Positions 1-12,107 of a DNA stretch of 35,698 bases are shown in pieces (the stretch's first letter is position 1; the number at the start of each line of letters is the position of its first letter). Position numbers and translations under genes: made by a program. The notes under the pieces were generated by a model that saw nothing but the letters and a program-made list of their open reading frames with translations, did no database searches and was not told the origin of the DNA. Where the stretch lies: assembly GCA_943704415.1 (NCBI GenBank), contig CALSCO010000369.1, positions 1 to 35,698 of the forward strand, read 5' to 3'. The DNA comes from Parvularia atlantis (lineage: Eukaryota).

Positions 1-613
1 TCGAGCACCGTCGTCGACCTTGTTGCCACCTTCCGCTCGTTCAAGATGCTCCCCAAGCTCATCGAGGAACTCCAGCGGTCCACAGCACTCCTCACCGCCT
101 ACTTGGATGTCCTCTTTCAAGCCAAGGATGGGCCTGTACACGTTGCAGACTCCAGCCTGCGAGGGCTCATGGTCAAGTCGGGCATGTTCATCTCATCGTC
201 AAACTCGAGCATTCTGAAGAATCAAAAACTCAAGATCATGTGCCTCCTTGCCTTCGGTGTGCTTATAACTGCGTTTCTGCATGGAGACTTCGAGCCGCAA
301 GACTCGCAAGAGTCCTTTGAGGCCTTCCTGAAGCGAGTCTTTCTGGCTATCGACCCGCACCGCCTCTGGGCCTCTATCGACAGCCTCGGCAACCCGGATC
401 TGAAGATGCCTACGACACCCCTTGAGGACTTCTGCCAGAAGGAGTTCTACCGCGCCGCGACGACAGTCCTGAGCTCACCTGTGGATGGTAGCCCTTTCCT
501 CATCGAGTCTGACGTCGGCAACACAACCAAAAAGAAGGCCAAGTGCGACTTCGTGTTCAACGGAAAGCTTGGTTGGGCCATCAAACTTCTCCGTGACGGC
601 AACGACATCGCGG
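1..613 (+). pseudogene. Crinkler (CRN)-type restriction-endonuclease-fold domain fragment, probably decayed; 5' end outside the window
   Basis: Frame is open from base 1. The motif run PLEDFCQKEFYRAATTVL...IESDVG...CDFVFNGKLGWAIKLLRDG resembles the CRN/CR-REase C-terminal pattern (ExxxQxEFYR, DVG, DF, WxIELLRDG) as I recall it. It has K in place of the conserved E, lacks the expected EHxxRF continuation, has no introns and is visibly less GC-rich than the rest of the window. Confidence 0.6.
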
Positions 614-720
614 GCGCGCCGTACAGCCGGCACGACGTCGTTCGTCACGCTTGTGCTGCTGGTGTTGTTGCTCGCAAGCATCGCTCGCACTGGCACGACA
701 AGCTTCGCTCATCACAGGCT

Positions 721-1753
721 TTACAGGGCGAGACGCCTCACAGTCACGCCCGGCTCGCGCCAGTACGCGAGCAGCTCGGCCTTGTACGCGGCAAAGACGT
801 CGTTGAACTGGATGATGGTCACGTCGCTGAACCGCCACGCGTCGCCGAAGCGCGCCATGGCGAACGCAAACAGCGCGTAGTAGACGTCGGCCGTCGGCGC
901 CGCTTCGGCATACCAGAGCCGGTCCATCGCGCCATCGCGCAGCGCAAAAAGCACGGTCTGGGCGATCTGGATGCCCGTGATGGCGAGCGGGAACCAGCGC
1001 GTCGGGTGCTGGCTGACGAGGAGCAGGGCCCGAGCGCGCTCCGGGTGCCGCTCGGCAAAGTCGAGCAGCGCGCGCAGCCCGAGCACGCCCATGCCACGAA
1101 AGTCGGTCGCGGGGTCGTCGCCCTGGAAGCCGATCGTCTGCCAGTGGTCGCCGACGCGCTTCGGAAGCTCGGTCGCCGGCTGCAGCGCGGCCCAGAGTCG
1201 TCGCAGCAGCTGCTCGTGCGCGTCGTTGTCGCGGTCGTACGGCGTCTGTGCCAGCGCCTGCAGCTCGCCCAGCACGGCCTGTGTCCGCGCGATGCGGCGC
1301 AGGCTCGGCAGCAGGTGCCGCTGCAGCACGTCGTCCTTGAGCGGCAGGGCCTTGGCACGGCACACGTTGACGTAGACGTGCTCGGCGACGTCGTCGGGCC
1401 CGTGGTCGGCCGCGGGCGGCTGGGCGAGCGATCGCAGCAGCGCGTGCTCGTCCGCCAAGCAACGTGAGTAGCGCAGCGCGAGGTCGATCTGCTCCACGAG
1501 CGTGTCGCGCGGGCCGTCTTCAGCGTCCTCGTCGCGACACAGCCGCTCGATCTCGCACGGCAGCCCGACGACGTTGCGTAGCACCTTGCGCCCGCCCCGT
1601 CAGTGATCGCGCACCACGCGCGCGCGCACCACGCACCCACTTGACCGCGCGCCACACGGCCACGACGACCACGGGCCAGGCCAGCGCCCAGGCGTGAGCG
1701 CGCGCGCTCAGCCCGATCCACCTTGGCATCGCGTGTACGTCGCGCTTGTCCAT
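721..1753 (-). CDS. ELMO/CED-12 domain protein (ELMOD family Arf/Arl GAP)
   Basis: Two exons (1753-1637, 1584-721) with intron GTGCGT...CACTGAC...AAG. Contains the ELMO signature WQTIGFQGDDPATDFRGMGVLGL and FPLAITGI. Confidence 0.9.
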
Positions 1754-2132
1754 TTTTCGTCAGCTGTAGTCCGTACGGTTGCGCCTTGGTGCGCTCGTTG
1801 TGCGCTCGTCGTGCGCTGCGCGTGTGCGGTGCGGTGCGGCGTGTGTGCAGCGTGCGTGCGCGTGAGAGAGACGTGGCGAGAACGCGCGGGCGCGCGCACA
1901 CACGTGTCCCCGCCCCGCGACCGTTCTTTTTTTTTTTTCCCGCTCTTTCTTTCCTGTTGCTTCTCTGCCCTCCCACTGCCGCTCCCCACCCGCTCGCCGC
2001 ACCGCACGGTCGCTGACGCGCGGCGCACCCGCGCACGGCATGAAAAACATTAGGCGCGCGAGTGCCGAGCGGGGGAGGGGAAAACAGCGCACGGCCGCCA
2101 CGTCAGCAGCCGCGTGGCCGGGAGAAGGAGCA

Positions 2133-4433
2133 ATGAACGAGGAGCTGGCGAACCTGCGGCTCGAGTACCTGGCGTCGTTGGGCGACCTGCGCGTCAACTC
2201 CAAGCCGCTGATCAACAACATGACGATGATCGCGCAGGTGCCGCCTGCCGTGCGTCTCGTGCGCCCCCGCAGTTGCTCATCGACGCCTGTGCAGGACAAC
2301 GCGCACGCCTTCAACGTGATCATTGACGCCATCGAGACGCGGCTGCGCGCGGTGCGGCGGCCACCTTGCCATCGTTCCGGCTGACGCGTGTGGCGGGCGC
2401 GCAGGCGAGCCCGCGCGAGCTGCTGCCGGTGCTGTACCTCGTCGACTCTATCTGCAAGAACGTGGGCGGGGTGTATCTGGACGCGTTCTCGAGGGTGGCG
2501 TGCGCGTGCGGCCCCGCCCCGTCACGGGCTGCCGTTCTTACACACACGCGCGCGCGCGCCCGCGGCCAGATCATCCTGCGCATCTTCGAGTTTGTCTACC
2601 GCACCGTCGACCCGGCCATGCATCCGCCGCTCACACGCCTGCTCGGGACATGGTGCACGCCCGCCGCGGCCCGGGCCTCTGTGTACGGCGCTGACAGACG
2701 GCCTCCCGCACGCGCACGCGCGCGGCCAGGCGCGGCATCTTCCCCGAGCAGGTCGTGCGCGACATCGAGGCGTTTGTGCGTGACGAGGAGTTACGCAGGA
2801 GACCGGCCACGCCACCGCTGCCCGCGCACGCGCACGTGCCCGTGCCTGTGCCTGCACCCGCGCCCACCCACATGCCCATCGCGGCGATGCGCGGCCCGCC
2901 GCCGCCGCCGTTGGCCGCGCAACACCCGCCTGCGCCCTTTGAGCTGCGCCCGATGCCGCCGCCCCAGCCGTCCCGCCCGCGACGCGAGCGCTACCGCCAG
3001 CCCTCGGCGGTGCTGTAGAAGCAGAGCGTGTGTAGCGGCCGGGCTGACGCGCAGCGCGCCACAGCGCGGGCCGCAGCTGCCCCTGCCCCCGTCGCGCAGC
3101 CGCATGCCGATGCATCCGCCGCCGCCGATGGAGGACGACTACCTGCCCCGCGGGCCGTTCATGGACGACTTTGGCATGCGCGGGCCGCCCGCTGCCATGC
3201 CACTGCCGCAGCTGCACCTGCCACCGCCGCCGCACCCGCTTGGGCCGCTGCCGGCCTCGCTGCCGCCCGTGATCATGGAGCAGCCGCTGCCGCACCTCGC
3301 TGCGCTACATGTGCGTCGTGTTCGTGTCTGCCGTCTCTGCCTGCTGATCGACGCGCGCGCGCCCTCGCCGACCGCCGACGACGACGTTTACAACAACAAG
3401 ATGCCCGCACGACCGCCGATGCCGCTGCACTCTCTGTTTGGAACGGTCCCGTTGAGCGCGCTCGCGCCGACAAACGACGCGTTGAAACTGTGCGGCCGTG
3501 TAGTCACCCCCCGTCGCGGCCCGCGCACGCGGTTCACACGTGCGCCACGCGCAAAGGCGCTACGCCGGCGGCGTCGAGAGCCTGTACGACGCGCTGCCTA
3601 AGGCGTGCAGCAACTGCGGCTTCCGCTTCCCGGACACGCCGCAAGGCACGCTCCTCACCGGCAGCGAGCACGCCCGGTCTCACGCGGCCCACACACATGC
3701 GATTCAGGCCAGGTTGACCTTGAGGAGCACCTCAACTGGCACTTCCGGCGCAACAAGCGCGAGAAGGAGATGACCAAGAAGGCCGTGCACCGTGACTGGT
3801 TCCTGCCCGCGACGGTCTGTGTGATGCGCACAGTGCAGACGCACGCTCACCCACGCGATCGCAGCTATGGCTCACGCCCGGCAGCGCACACCAGCGCAAC
3901 GGCGACGGCGCCGGCAACGTCAACGGCAGCGCGCACGGCGAGGAGCAGGCGGTCAAGGAGGAGCCCAAGCCGCAAGTGGTGCGCGTGCGGGCTCTTTGCA
4001 CGGCTCGACGTGCGCGCTGACGACGCGTCTCACGAGCAGGTGCCGGTCAAGGACGCGAGCGGGCGCGACTCGGAGGGCGTGTGCAGCGTGTGCGGCGAGC
4101 CGATCGAGCGCTTTTTCGACAACGACCTCGAGGCGTGGATGTTCCGCGACGCCGTGCGCATCGGCGACAAGGCACGCTCGCCCGGCTGCAATGGTCGCTG
4201 CTGTCCTGACGCTCGCGCGCGCGTAGGTCTACCACGTCGCGTGCTCGGTCGACGCCGAGCTGCAGCAACAGCAACAGCAGCAGCAGGGGTCGCCGCTCGC
4301 CTCGCCCAAGCGGCCGGCCACGCTTCCCACGGCGATGGTGCGCCCCAGTCGCGCGTGTCTCGCAGCACGACTCATCCGGTGCGCGCGCGCACAGATGGTG
4401 CCCGACATCAAGAAGATTAAGCTCGAGATCTAG
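2133..4433 (+). CDS. PCF11: Pre-mRNA cleavage/polyadenylation factor Pcf11 (CID, Pro-rich region, two Zn fingers); about 12 introns
   Basis: CID motifs LGDLRVNSKPLINNMTMIA and LPVLYLVDSICKNVG. Zn fingers CSNCGFRF...HLNWHFRRN...HRDWF and CSVCGEPIERFFDNDLEAWMFRDAVRIGDKVYHVAC. Ends KKIKLEI-TAG. Confidence 0.93.
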
Positions 4434-4485
4434 AGAGACACGCGAGACGCGCGCTTGTAAAATGTATCACTTGAGCACAGACATT

Positions 4486-6619
4486 TCACTGCTGCGGCGC
4501 GGGCGCGGTCTCGCCGCCGTCGCCCGGCAGCGTCTCGGCCACGGCAGGCACGTGCACCGTGCCGTGCTCGTACGCGCGGGCCGCGTCGGGCTCGTCTGCG
4601 CGCGGCCGTCAGCAGCCAGCCACAGCCACGGCGCGACCGCGACCGCGTACACTTCATGGTGAACGTGGGCCGCTCGCCGAGCTCGGCCCGCACCTGGTTC
4701 TTGAGGTCCTGCGAAAGCGAGCGTCAGCCGAGCCGCCCACCGACGTACTACTAGAACGCGCACGCACCCACAGGTTGTAGCGGTGCATCCACGCGCCCAG
4801 CAGCGGCACGTGCGACAGGAAGCCCATCACGCGCACGACCATGAACAGCGTCCCGAAGCCGCTGCGGTCGCGCGGCGACGTCGGCAGATTGAGCCGGTCG
4901 CCGAGCTCGTCGCCTGCGCGCGTTCCGCGGGTCAGCGAGCGGGCACAGAGCAAGCCCGCTCACCGATCAGCACGCGCGCCATCTCGCCGAGCGCTTGGTA
5001 GGACTGGTTCGCGGGCGGCTTGTCGGCCATGCACTGCACGGCACGGTACGACAGCGCAATGCTGTTCTCGTCTGGCGGCGCACATCAGACCAGCGCGCGC
5101 GAGTCGCTGCAGGTCGCGCGTGCCGCACCGGGGTCAAACTGGTGCATCACGTACGACTCGAAGAAGGCCTTGGCGCTCGCGTACGACGTCGCAAAGTTGT
5201 TGGCGTCCTCGATGCCCACGAGGTAGCCGATGTAGCGCCACACGAGCAGGTAGTCGGCCTTGTCCTGCGCACGGTCAGTATCTCACGAGCAGGCCTCGCG
5301 ACGCACCTGCTCCGAGAGCGGCAGCTGCATGTACAGCAGGCACGCCATGATGTGGTAACTGAAGCCCATCTGCGCCGCGCGTGAGTCGGGTGGGCGCGGG
5401 CAGGCACGTCGCACCATCGCCATCGTGAGGTCCTCCTGGTTGATCGGAACGCCGAGCTCATTCGCGTCCCAGCGCGGCGACTTGAGCAGCCGCGCGCGCA
5501 CCTTGGCGTGCAGGAAGCGCACTGCCGCACGCGTCAGGACGAGGTGCACGGGTCGCGCGAGAAGAACGCCGCACCGCGCACGGTCGAGCGCCAGCCCTCG
5601 CCCGTGATCGGCCTGAGCCCGTCGGGCGTCTATGCGCGCGAATGGCGTGAGCGCATGCGAGCCAGCGGCGAAGCGTGCGCCACACCATGCAGTCGAGTGC
5701 CATCTGCGCGGTCTCGTACAGGCGGCGGCGCGTGTGCTCCTGGCTGAGGTAGCCCGTGGACATGAACACTGCGCAGCGGCCCGATCAGCGCGGGCAAGCG
5801 GCGCGCACGACGAGAGGACACACCGCGGTTTTGCTTGGCCGGCGCGAAGAACGACGTGATCAGCACGGGCACCTGCGACACGAGCACGCCGATCGGGTAG
5901 CGCGTGTACAGCAGCTGCCCGCGGGCGATCGCACGCCAGTCGACCCAGTCGGGCACGGTCGTGAGCTGCGTGTGTGCGTGCGTGTGTGTGTGTGTGTTCG
6001 GGCGAGTTGACCGGCGCAACGTGCGCGTCGCGTATACCGCGCACACGCACCTGCGCCCACAACGCGTCGTACACAGTGTGCGGGCCCTCGCCGCGATGGT
6101 GCATGAGCAGCTCGAGGCAGTCGTCGCCCAGGCGCGCGTTCATCGCGTCCAGGGCCGCGTCGGCGAGGGGATCGCCGACGGCGCGCAGCGGCTCGAGCTC
6201 GCGCGGGCGCTTGTGCAGCGGCGACCAGACAAACTCGATCCCGAGCTTGCGCACGGCATCGCCCTCGCGCACGTCCGGGTCGAGCTCGTCAACGGGCCAC
6301 GTCTTCCACGCGGCGACGCGAGCCCGCTGCGGCACCGAGCGGAACGGGTGCGCCCACGGCGCCGCTGACGCCGATGCCGACGACGCCGCGCGCGCCGCCG
6401 GTCGCGCCATTGCGGGCTGCGCGGCCGCGGCGGCCTGGGCGGTGCTGGCGGCGAGGGCCGACGACACGGCTGTAGGGGTGCTGTGAGTGGGGATCCCCCG
6501 ACCTCGCGCAGACGGCACAAGGACGCACACGTGCTGCTCGCGCCGCTGCTGCTGCGGCTGCGCGACGTGCGCGGCGGCTGCGGCGCGGCCAGGAGCGACG
6601 GCGACGTCGGCGTCGTCAT
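4486..6619 (-). CDS. ER-bound oxygenase mpaB / rubber oxygenase (Lcp)-like catalytic-domain protein; about 10 introns
   Basis: Spliced translation gives GDPLAD, VPDWVDWRAIARGQ, STGYL...RRLYET, VRFLHAKVR...W...GVPINQED and WRYIGYLVGI. The start may instead be the in-frame ATG at 6643 or 6410. Confidence 0.85.
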
Positions 6620-6649
6620 GGTAGTGGCCGTGACAACAGTCATCACCAG

Positions 6650-8778
6650 TCACCAGTGGGCCGGTTCTCTCACGTCGTGCAACTGGACCTGCCACGTCGC
6701 GGGCTCGAGCGGGCGCGCGAGGTACCCTGCGGCGTGCTCGAGACAGAGATGCGGGCCGATCCCGGCGCGACGGTGCAGGTGCAGCCCGCGCTGTGCGAGC
6801 TGCGATGCGAGCTGCGAGACGCCCGACGACGCCAGGACGAGCGACGCGTCCGGGTTCGCGCGCTGCTGCTGCTCGGTCAGGAACGCGGCCAGGCGGTCGG
6901 GCGACGCGCCCTTGAGGTCGCTCAGCTGCACACGCCCGGCCCGGCCCCAGCAGAGCGGCGCAAGTGTCCCGTTGGCGCGCGGCAGCAGGTGGTCTGGCGG
7001 CATGTACGTGTGCGCAAACACGACGTGCACTGGGCGCGCGTGGCGATGAGCCTGCACTGCCGAGCGACGGCAGCGGGAACGTCACCATCGTGCGGCGCGC
7101 TCGCGCAGAGGTCGCGGTAGATCACGTCCATCGCCGGCGCGACGCCGCCCTGATGCAGTCCGCCGTAGATCGCGCCCGCGCCGAGGTTGAACACAAGCCA
7201 GAGCGGCACAAAGACGCGCAGTGCGCGCCCGTTCGCCCGCAGCGCGCCCGCCACCGCGAGCACGAGCGGGCCGAGCAGCGGCACCAGGAAGCGCGGCTCC
7301 TGATGCGGCACAAGCGAAAGCACCGCCAGCGGCACCACGCAGCACGCCGCCGCAGCTGTGCCCCGGTGTATCAGCAGCGCCACGGCACACGCGAGTGTTT
7401 GCGCACGCACTCTGCGCAACGGTGAATGGCCGCCACACGGGCAGGCGCGGGCTCGCTGCCCAGCGTCGCACGGCCGCGGCGAGGAGCAGCGCGCCAGCGA
7501 CGGCCAGCGGGCCGAAGAGCATCGGCATGTTGACGACGGCGTGCAGCCAGCGCGGGTGCAGCGTGTGTAGGGCGAGGTTGTCCGGGTCGATGTTGTACAG
7601 CAGGTTGTTGAGCGGCGTGAGTGTGAGCGTGCCCTGCCACCGTGCACGCGCCGTCAGCGTCCGATCACCCGTGTGCCCCGGTGCAACGCACCTCTGGCCG
7701 AAGCTGCAGCAAGTCACCCAGCGGCAGCGCGAGCACGTCGATGAGCGCGACGGGGCCGCGCGCGGGCGTCACAAGCCGCAGCGTGCCAAAGTAGAGCGAG
7801 TCGACAGCCGCGAGCACCGCGCCCGAGCCGAGCGTCGCCGCGGCGCCGACGACGATGCTAGTGAGCACGCGCCGGACGGGCGACTTGGCCGGCGCCGTCT
7901 CGGCTACGCGCACGTGCAGCAGGTCAGCGATCACCCAGACGGGCCGCGACAACGCACTTAGCACGTTCCACACGAAGCACACGCCCAGCGGCAGTGCAAA
8001 GACGGCAAAGGTGACGCGCGTGAACAGGCCGAGCGCGACAATCGCGCCCAGCCGCCGGGCGGTCGTCGAGGGCGAGGCGCCGGGCGCGTGCAGCGTGAGC
8101 AGGCACAGCATCACCCACACGCCCTCGAGGCTGTTTGAGAGCGGGCGCACGGCAAACACCCACGCGACGTACGACGTGCTCGCGAGCATCACGGCGAGGC
8201 CGCGGTCGCCCGGCGCGCTCAGCCGCAGCACGCACGTGTCTGGGATGCCGCGCTGATCAGCAGCACGCGCGACCGATCATCACGCATCGCGCACCGACGA
8301 CCAGAGACCACGCAAACGCGCCCAGCCGCGGCAGGCTCAGCAGCGCGAGCGAGGCGTGCGGCGAGGCGTGCAGCCACCCTGCGTCGACGTCAGCATTCGA
8401 GGGGGGGTGATCGTGGTGCACGGCGCACCGGGCGCGAGCACGCGCAGCAGCATCAGCGGCGGCCCTGTGACGAGGTAGCTGACGCCACGATGCGCTCAGC
8501 CGTGTGCGCACGGGACGCGATGCGCGCTACGCACGGCGGCAGCACTGATCGGGCCGACGCCGCGCCGCTCTCAAACTCCCACGGCCTGTCGACGTGCAGC
8601 CCTAGCACGTCCCCTGCACGCCCTCCTCAGCGCTTCTCACACCACCATCGGCTGCGCACGCACCGTACACGACCTCCGGCGCCTGGAAGAACTCGTCCGG
8701 GTGCACGTAGCCGCGCAGGGCGAGCGCCGCGCCGAGCCGCGCGCTGATCGCCGCGAGTAGCGTGACCGCCGGCCACAT
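6650..8778 (-). CDS. PIGZ: GPI mannosyltransferase 4 (PIG-Z/Smp3, GT22 family)
   Basis: N-terminal GYVHPDEFFQAPE and PWEF; RPLSNSLE; FTRVTF; TPLNNLLYN...NLALHTLHPRWLHAVVN; LSLVPHQEPRFLVPL; YGGLHQGGV; HTYMPP. Confidence 0.92.
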
Positions 8779-8915
8779 CGGCGGCGTGGCTGGCGCGCGT
8801 GGGAATAGTCACGTGCCGTTGCTGGTGCGCTCATTTCGCCGCCTGCGTGCCATTATCGTCGTCGTCGCGTCGCCGTCGCCCTCGTTCGCCTCGTTCGCCG
8901 TCGTCGCCAGCGCAG

Positions 8916-11496
8916 ATGGCCACCGAGGTGCTGCCCGCGATCGAGATCCGCTCGGTGCGGCAGAACCAGAGCGGGATGGAGAACTTTGCGGTGCGTCCGC
9001 GCGCTCAACGAGCCGGCCCGCTCACCCCACCCCGGTACGCGGCGCGCGCGTCGTCAGTCGTACGACGTCTTTGTCGACGGAAAGTTCCACTGCTCGACGC
9101 GGTTCAGCGACTTTGCGGCGCTGTACGACGCGGTGCGCGCCCGTTGTCGTCGGGGAAGACGCGCGCTCACGACGACGACAAACGACGACGAGCAGATGCT
9201 CGACGAGCTGCTCATGTACGACCTGCCCAAGTTCCCGCCCAAGAAGCTCAACCTCAACATCGGCATCCTCAGCCTCAAGGACAACGAGGTCGAGGTGCGC
9301 CGCTTCGAGCTCGAGAAGTTCTTCAAGGCCGGTGCGTGATCCCCGTCGTGTCCTCGTTACACGGGCGTACTCACACGGGCGGCGCAGTGTTCAAGGAGCC
9401 GAAGCTGCTCGACAGCCCCGTGCTCAAGAAGTTCCTCTACGACGTGCGCGCCATGCGCCGCTGTCTTCGTCGATCGAGCTGAACGCGCGCTGGGTCACGC
9501 AGGAGCGCGACAAGTACCTCAACGCGCACAGCAAGGACGTGACGCAGGTCGTGCACTTTGTCGACGGCACAAGCGTCACGCTCAACATCAAGACGAGCGA
9601 GAAGGCGTCGCGGATCAAGCAGGTGCGAACGCGCGCGCACAGCCGCCCCGTGTCCGCGCCGACCACGCGGGCCGTGCGCGCAGCTCGTCGCCGAGAAGGA
9701 GGGCATGAGCGAGGAGAGCTCGCGGCACTTTATGCTCTTCCTGGCGTCTCTCTCGACGGGCGTCGGTGCGGTGGCTGCTCAGACTCATGCGCGCACCCGC
9801 ACGAGCTCACGCCTCGCGTGCGCGCGTCCGCGTTCGCAGAGGCCAAGATGTACAGCGGCGCGTACCCGTACCTTGCGGCGCGCAAGCTGCAGACGGCCGA
9901 CGAAGAGGGTGCGGGCTGCCGCTCGCGCCCCACATAGCCGCCGTGCCTGACCGCGCCGACGCCGCCAGACCCGCACAACCAGACGCCCGAGGTGTACAAG
10001 ATCTACTTCAAGAAGTGGATCTTCTCCCCGTACAACGTCATGCGCGTGATGCAGGACCGCGCTGGCCTGAAGCACCTGTTCAACCACGTGCGCCGGCCGT
10101 GCGCGTGCGTCATTCGTGCTCATGCGGCCGGCGTAGGCGCGCGCCGACATCGCCAACCACATCCTGCGGCCCGAGAAGGCCGTGCGGCAGGAGCTCGAGC
10201 GCATCGAGAAGAACAGCGATTACCGCGGGGTGCGCGCCCTGATTGCGCCCGCTGGTGCCCGCTGACGCCCCGCGCAGTACATGCTCGTCGCCCGCACGAT
10301 TCCCGGCTACTACGCGCACTACTTTGCGCCGTGCACGTGCGACTACCCGCAGCCGGGGAGGTCCGCGCACGCGCGAGCGTAGGCGAGCCTCAGGCTGACG
10401 CGCTGTGCCCGCCGCCCAGCCGGGTCATCTTCAGCGTGAGCACGGACGGCATGGTGCTGTTCTTGCTCAAGGACAACATGACCAACACGATGACCGGCAA
10501 GGTGCGGCCGCTCAGCACGGCCACACAGCCTGACGCGCGCCATGCGCAGGAGGAGATCGTCTCGTTCTCGTTCGAGCGCATCCGGCGCTGGAAGTACGTC
10601 GAGACCGAGGGCATGTTTGGCTGGGAGTACTTCTTCGGGACGAACCAGGAGGGGGGCAGGTGGATCAACCTCAAGACGGAGCAGGCACGCGCGTTCGCAC
10701 GCGTGGTGGACGCGGCGCACTGACGCGGGCACTCCGCGCGCAGTACTTTGACATGAACACGTCCACGCAAGAGTACGTCGACGAGCTCAAGCGGAGGCTC
10801 ACGCTGCCCGACTACTTCTACAAGGAGGAGGTGCATGCGCATCGTATACACCCGCCATTGGCCGTGCGCTCACCCCGGCGTCGACGGCGCCGTGCAGGAC
10901 ATCGCCAAGGAGGAGAAGCGGCTGCAGACCAACCCCTCGGCCGAGCCGCGGCCCCAGTTCACGTCGTCCCAGGCGACGCCGCACCTGTTCCGGCCACCGC
11001 CGTACCTGGCCACGCAGGAGCCCGGTGCGCGCGGATGTTGCGAGTGATCCGCTGCTGACGCTCGCGCCCCTGCCAGCGACGGTCAAGAGCCCCGACGAGA
11101 TCCCGCCGACCTCGCCCGGCGCAGGCTCGTCCACGCCCACCGCCGCCAAGCCCGCGACCATGCCCGGCGTCCCGGCTGCCGCGGCCGTCCAGCGCTCGTC
11201 GTCGTCCGGCGTGAGCGTGCCCGTGCCCGGCCTGCCGGTGCGCACACGCTGCACGCGCGCCGTCGGCCCGCTCCGCTCACAATGCGCGCGCATGCGCAGA
11301 GCCGCGGCAGCGCCATGAACTTCAACTTCAAGGTGTCGGACACGATGAGCAAGGTGCGCACGCCCGCGCTGTCCGCCCACGCGCCCGCTTACGCCAAGCG
11401 CGCGCGTGCTCGCAGCTGTCCAACAACCTGCTCGGCCGGCAGCAGAACACCGAGAACGCGGCGTTTGCTGGCGGTATCGGCGACAGCGACCTGTGA
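8916..11496 (+). CDS. SNX17: Sorting nexin 17-like PX-FERM protein; 16 introns
   Basis: PX domain (FHCSTRFSDF, LPKFPPKK, RRFELEKF), FERM-like module (FAPCTCDYP, FERIRRW, FGWEY, WINL...YVDEL) and C-terminal NAAFAGGIGDSDL-stop. Confidence 0.88.
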
Positions 11497-12107
11497 CCGC
11501 GCGGGAGGCGCGGGAGCTGTGGTGGGTTTGGGAGGGTGTGGGGGCGCTACGCCTTTCTGCACCTCGCCGCCACCGCCACCGCTGCCGCCCCGCAGGTCTG
11601 CACTAATCTTTCCAAACTTCTCCAATCGTTTCCATCACACGCGCGCGGCGGGGCCTCTGCCGGTTGTTTTCCCTGTGTCTGTGTGCCTCCGTGTCTTTTT
11701 GGGCCCGCTCCCGCTCCCGCCGCGCCGCGCTGCAACCGTGACCAACACCGGCGCGCCGCCCGCGGCAGACGTCGAGCTGCAGGGGACGGTCTCGGTCGTC
11801 ATGGAGCCGATCGCGGCGGCCGAGTGAGTGCCGAGCAGGGGCGAGCCGGGCTTGGTAGGTGTAGTAGGGAGTGGAAATTTATTTCTGTAGCGTTGGGGAA
11901 GAAGGGCATCGAGAGGCCCGGTTGCGAGGTCGAGGCTGGTTGCGCTCATCGGTAGTCCGAGTCGACGAGGAGGTGCGGCGAGGAGCGTGTTCCAGCTGAT
12001 GACACCGCCGTTCTGCTCCCGGCCTGGCACGCGCTCCGAGACAGCGAGAACTTGAGCGTGCGAGGCAGCTAGCGCATATGTGCGCGCATTTACCCTTCGC
12101 CGCCACG

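Noticed and set aside
46..1467. 473-aa plus-strand ORF as one protein
   Set aside because: Only about the first 190 codons look like a real domain; the rest is the antisense shadow of ELMOD.
4154..4226. Alternative GT donor at 4154 for the PCF11 intron
   Set aside because: It would delete VRIGDK from the conserved Zn-finger spacing; the GC donor at 4172 preserves it.
5071..5128. In-frame TGA in the oxygenase suggesting readthrough, selenocysteine or an alternative code
   Set aside because: It lies inside a normal GT-AG intron (CTGAT branch motif). All genes splice into open frames under the standard code, with TAA, TAG and TGA all used as stops.
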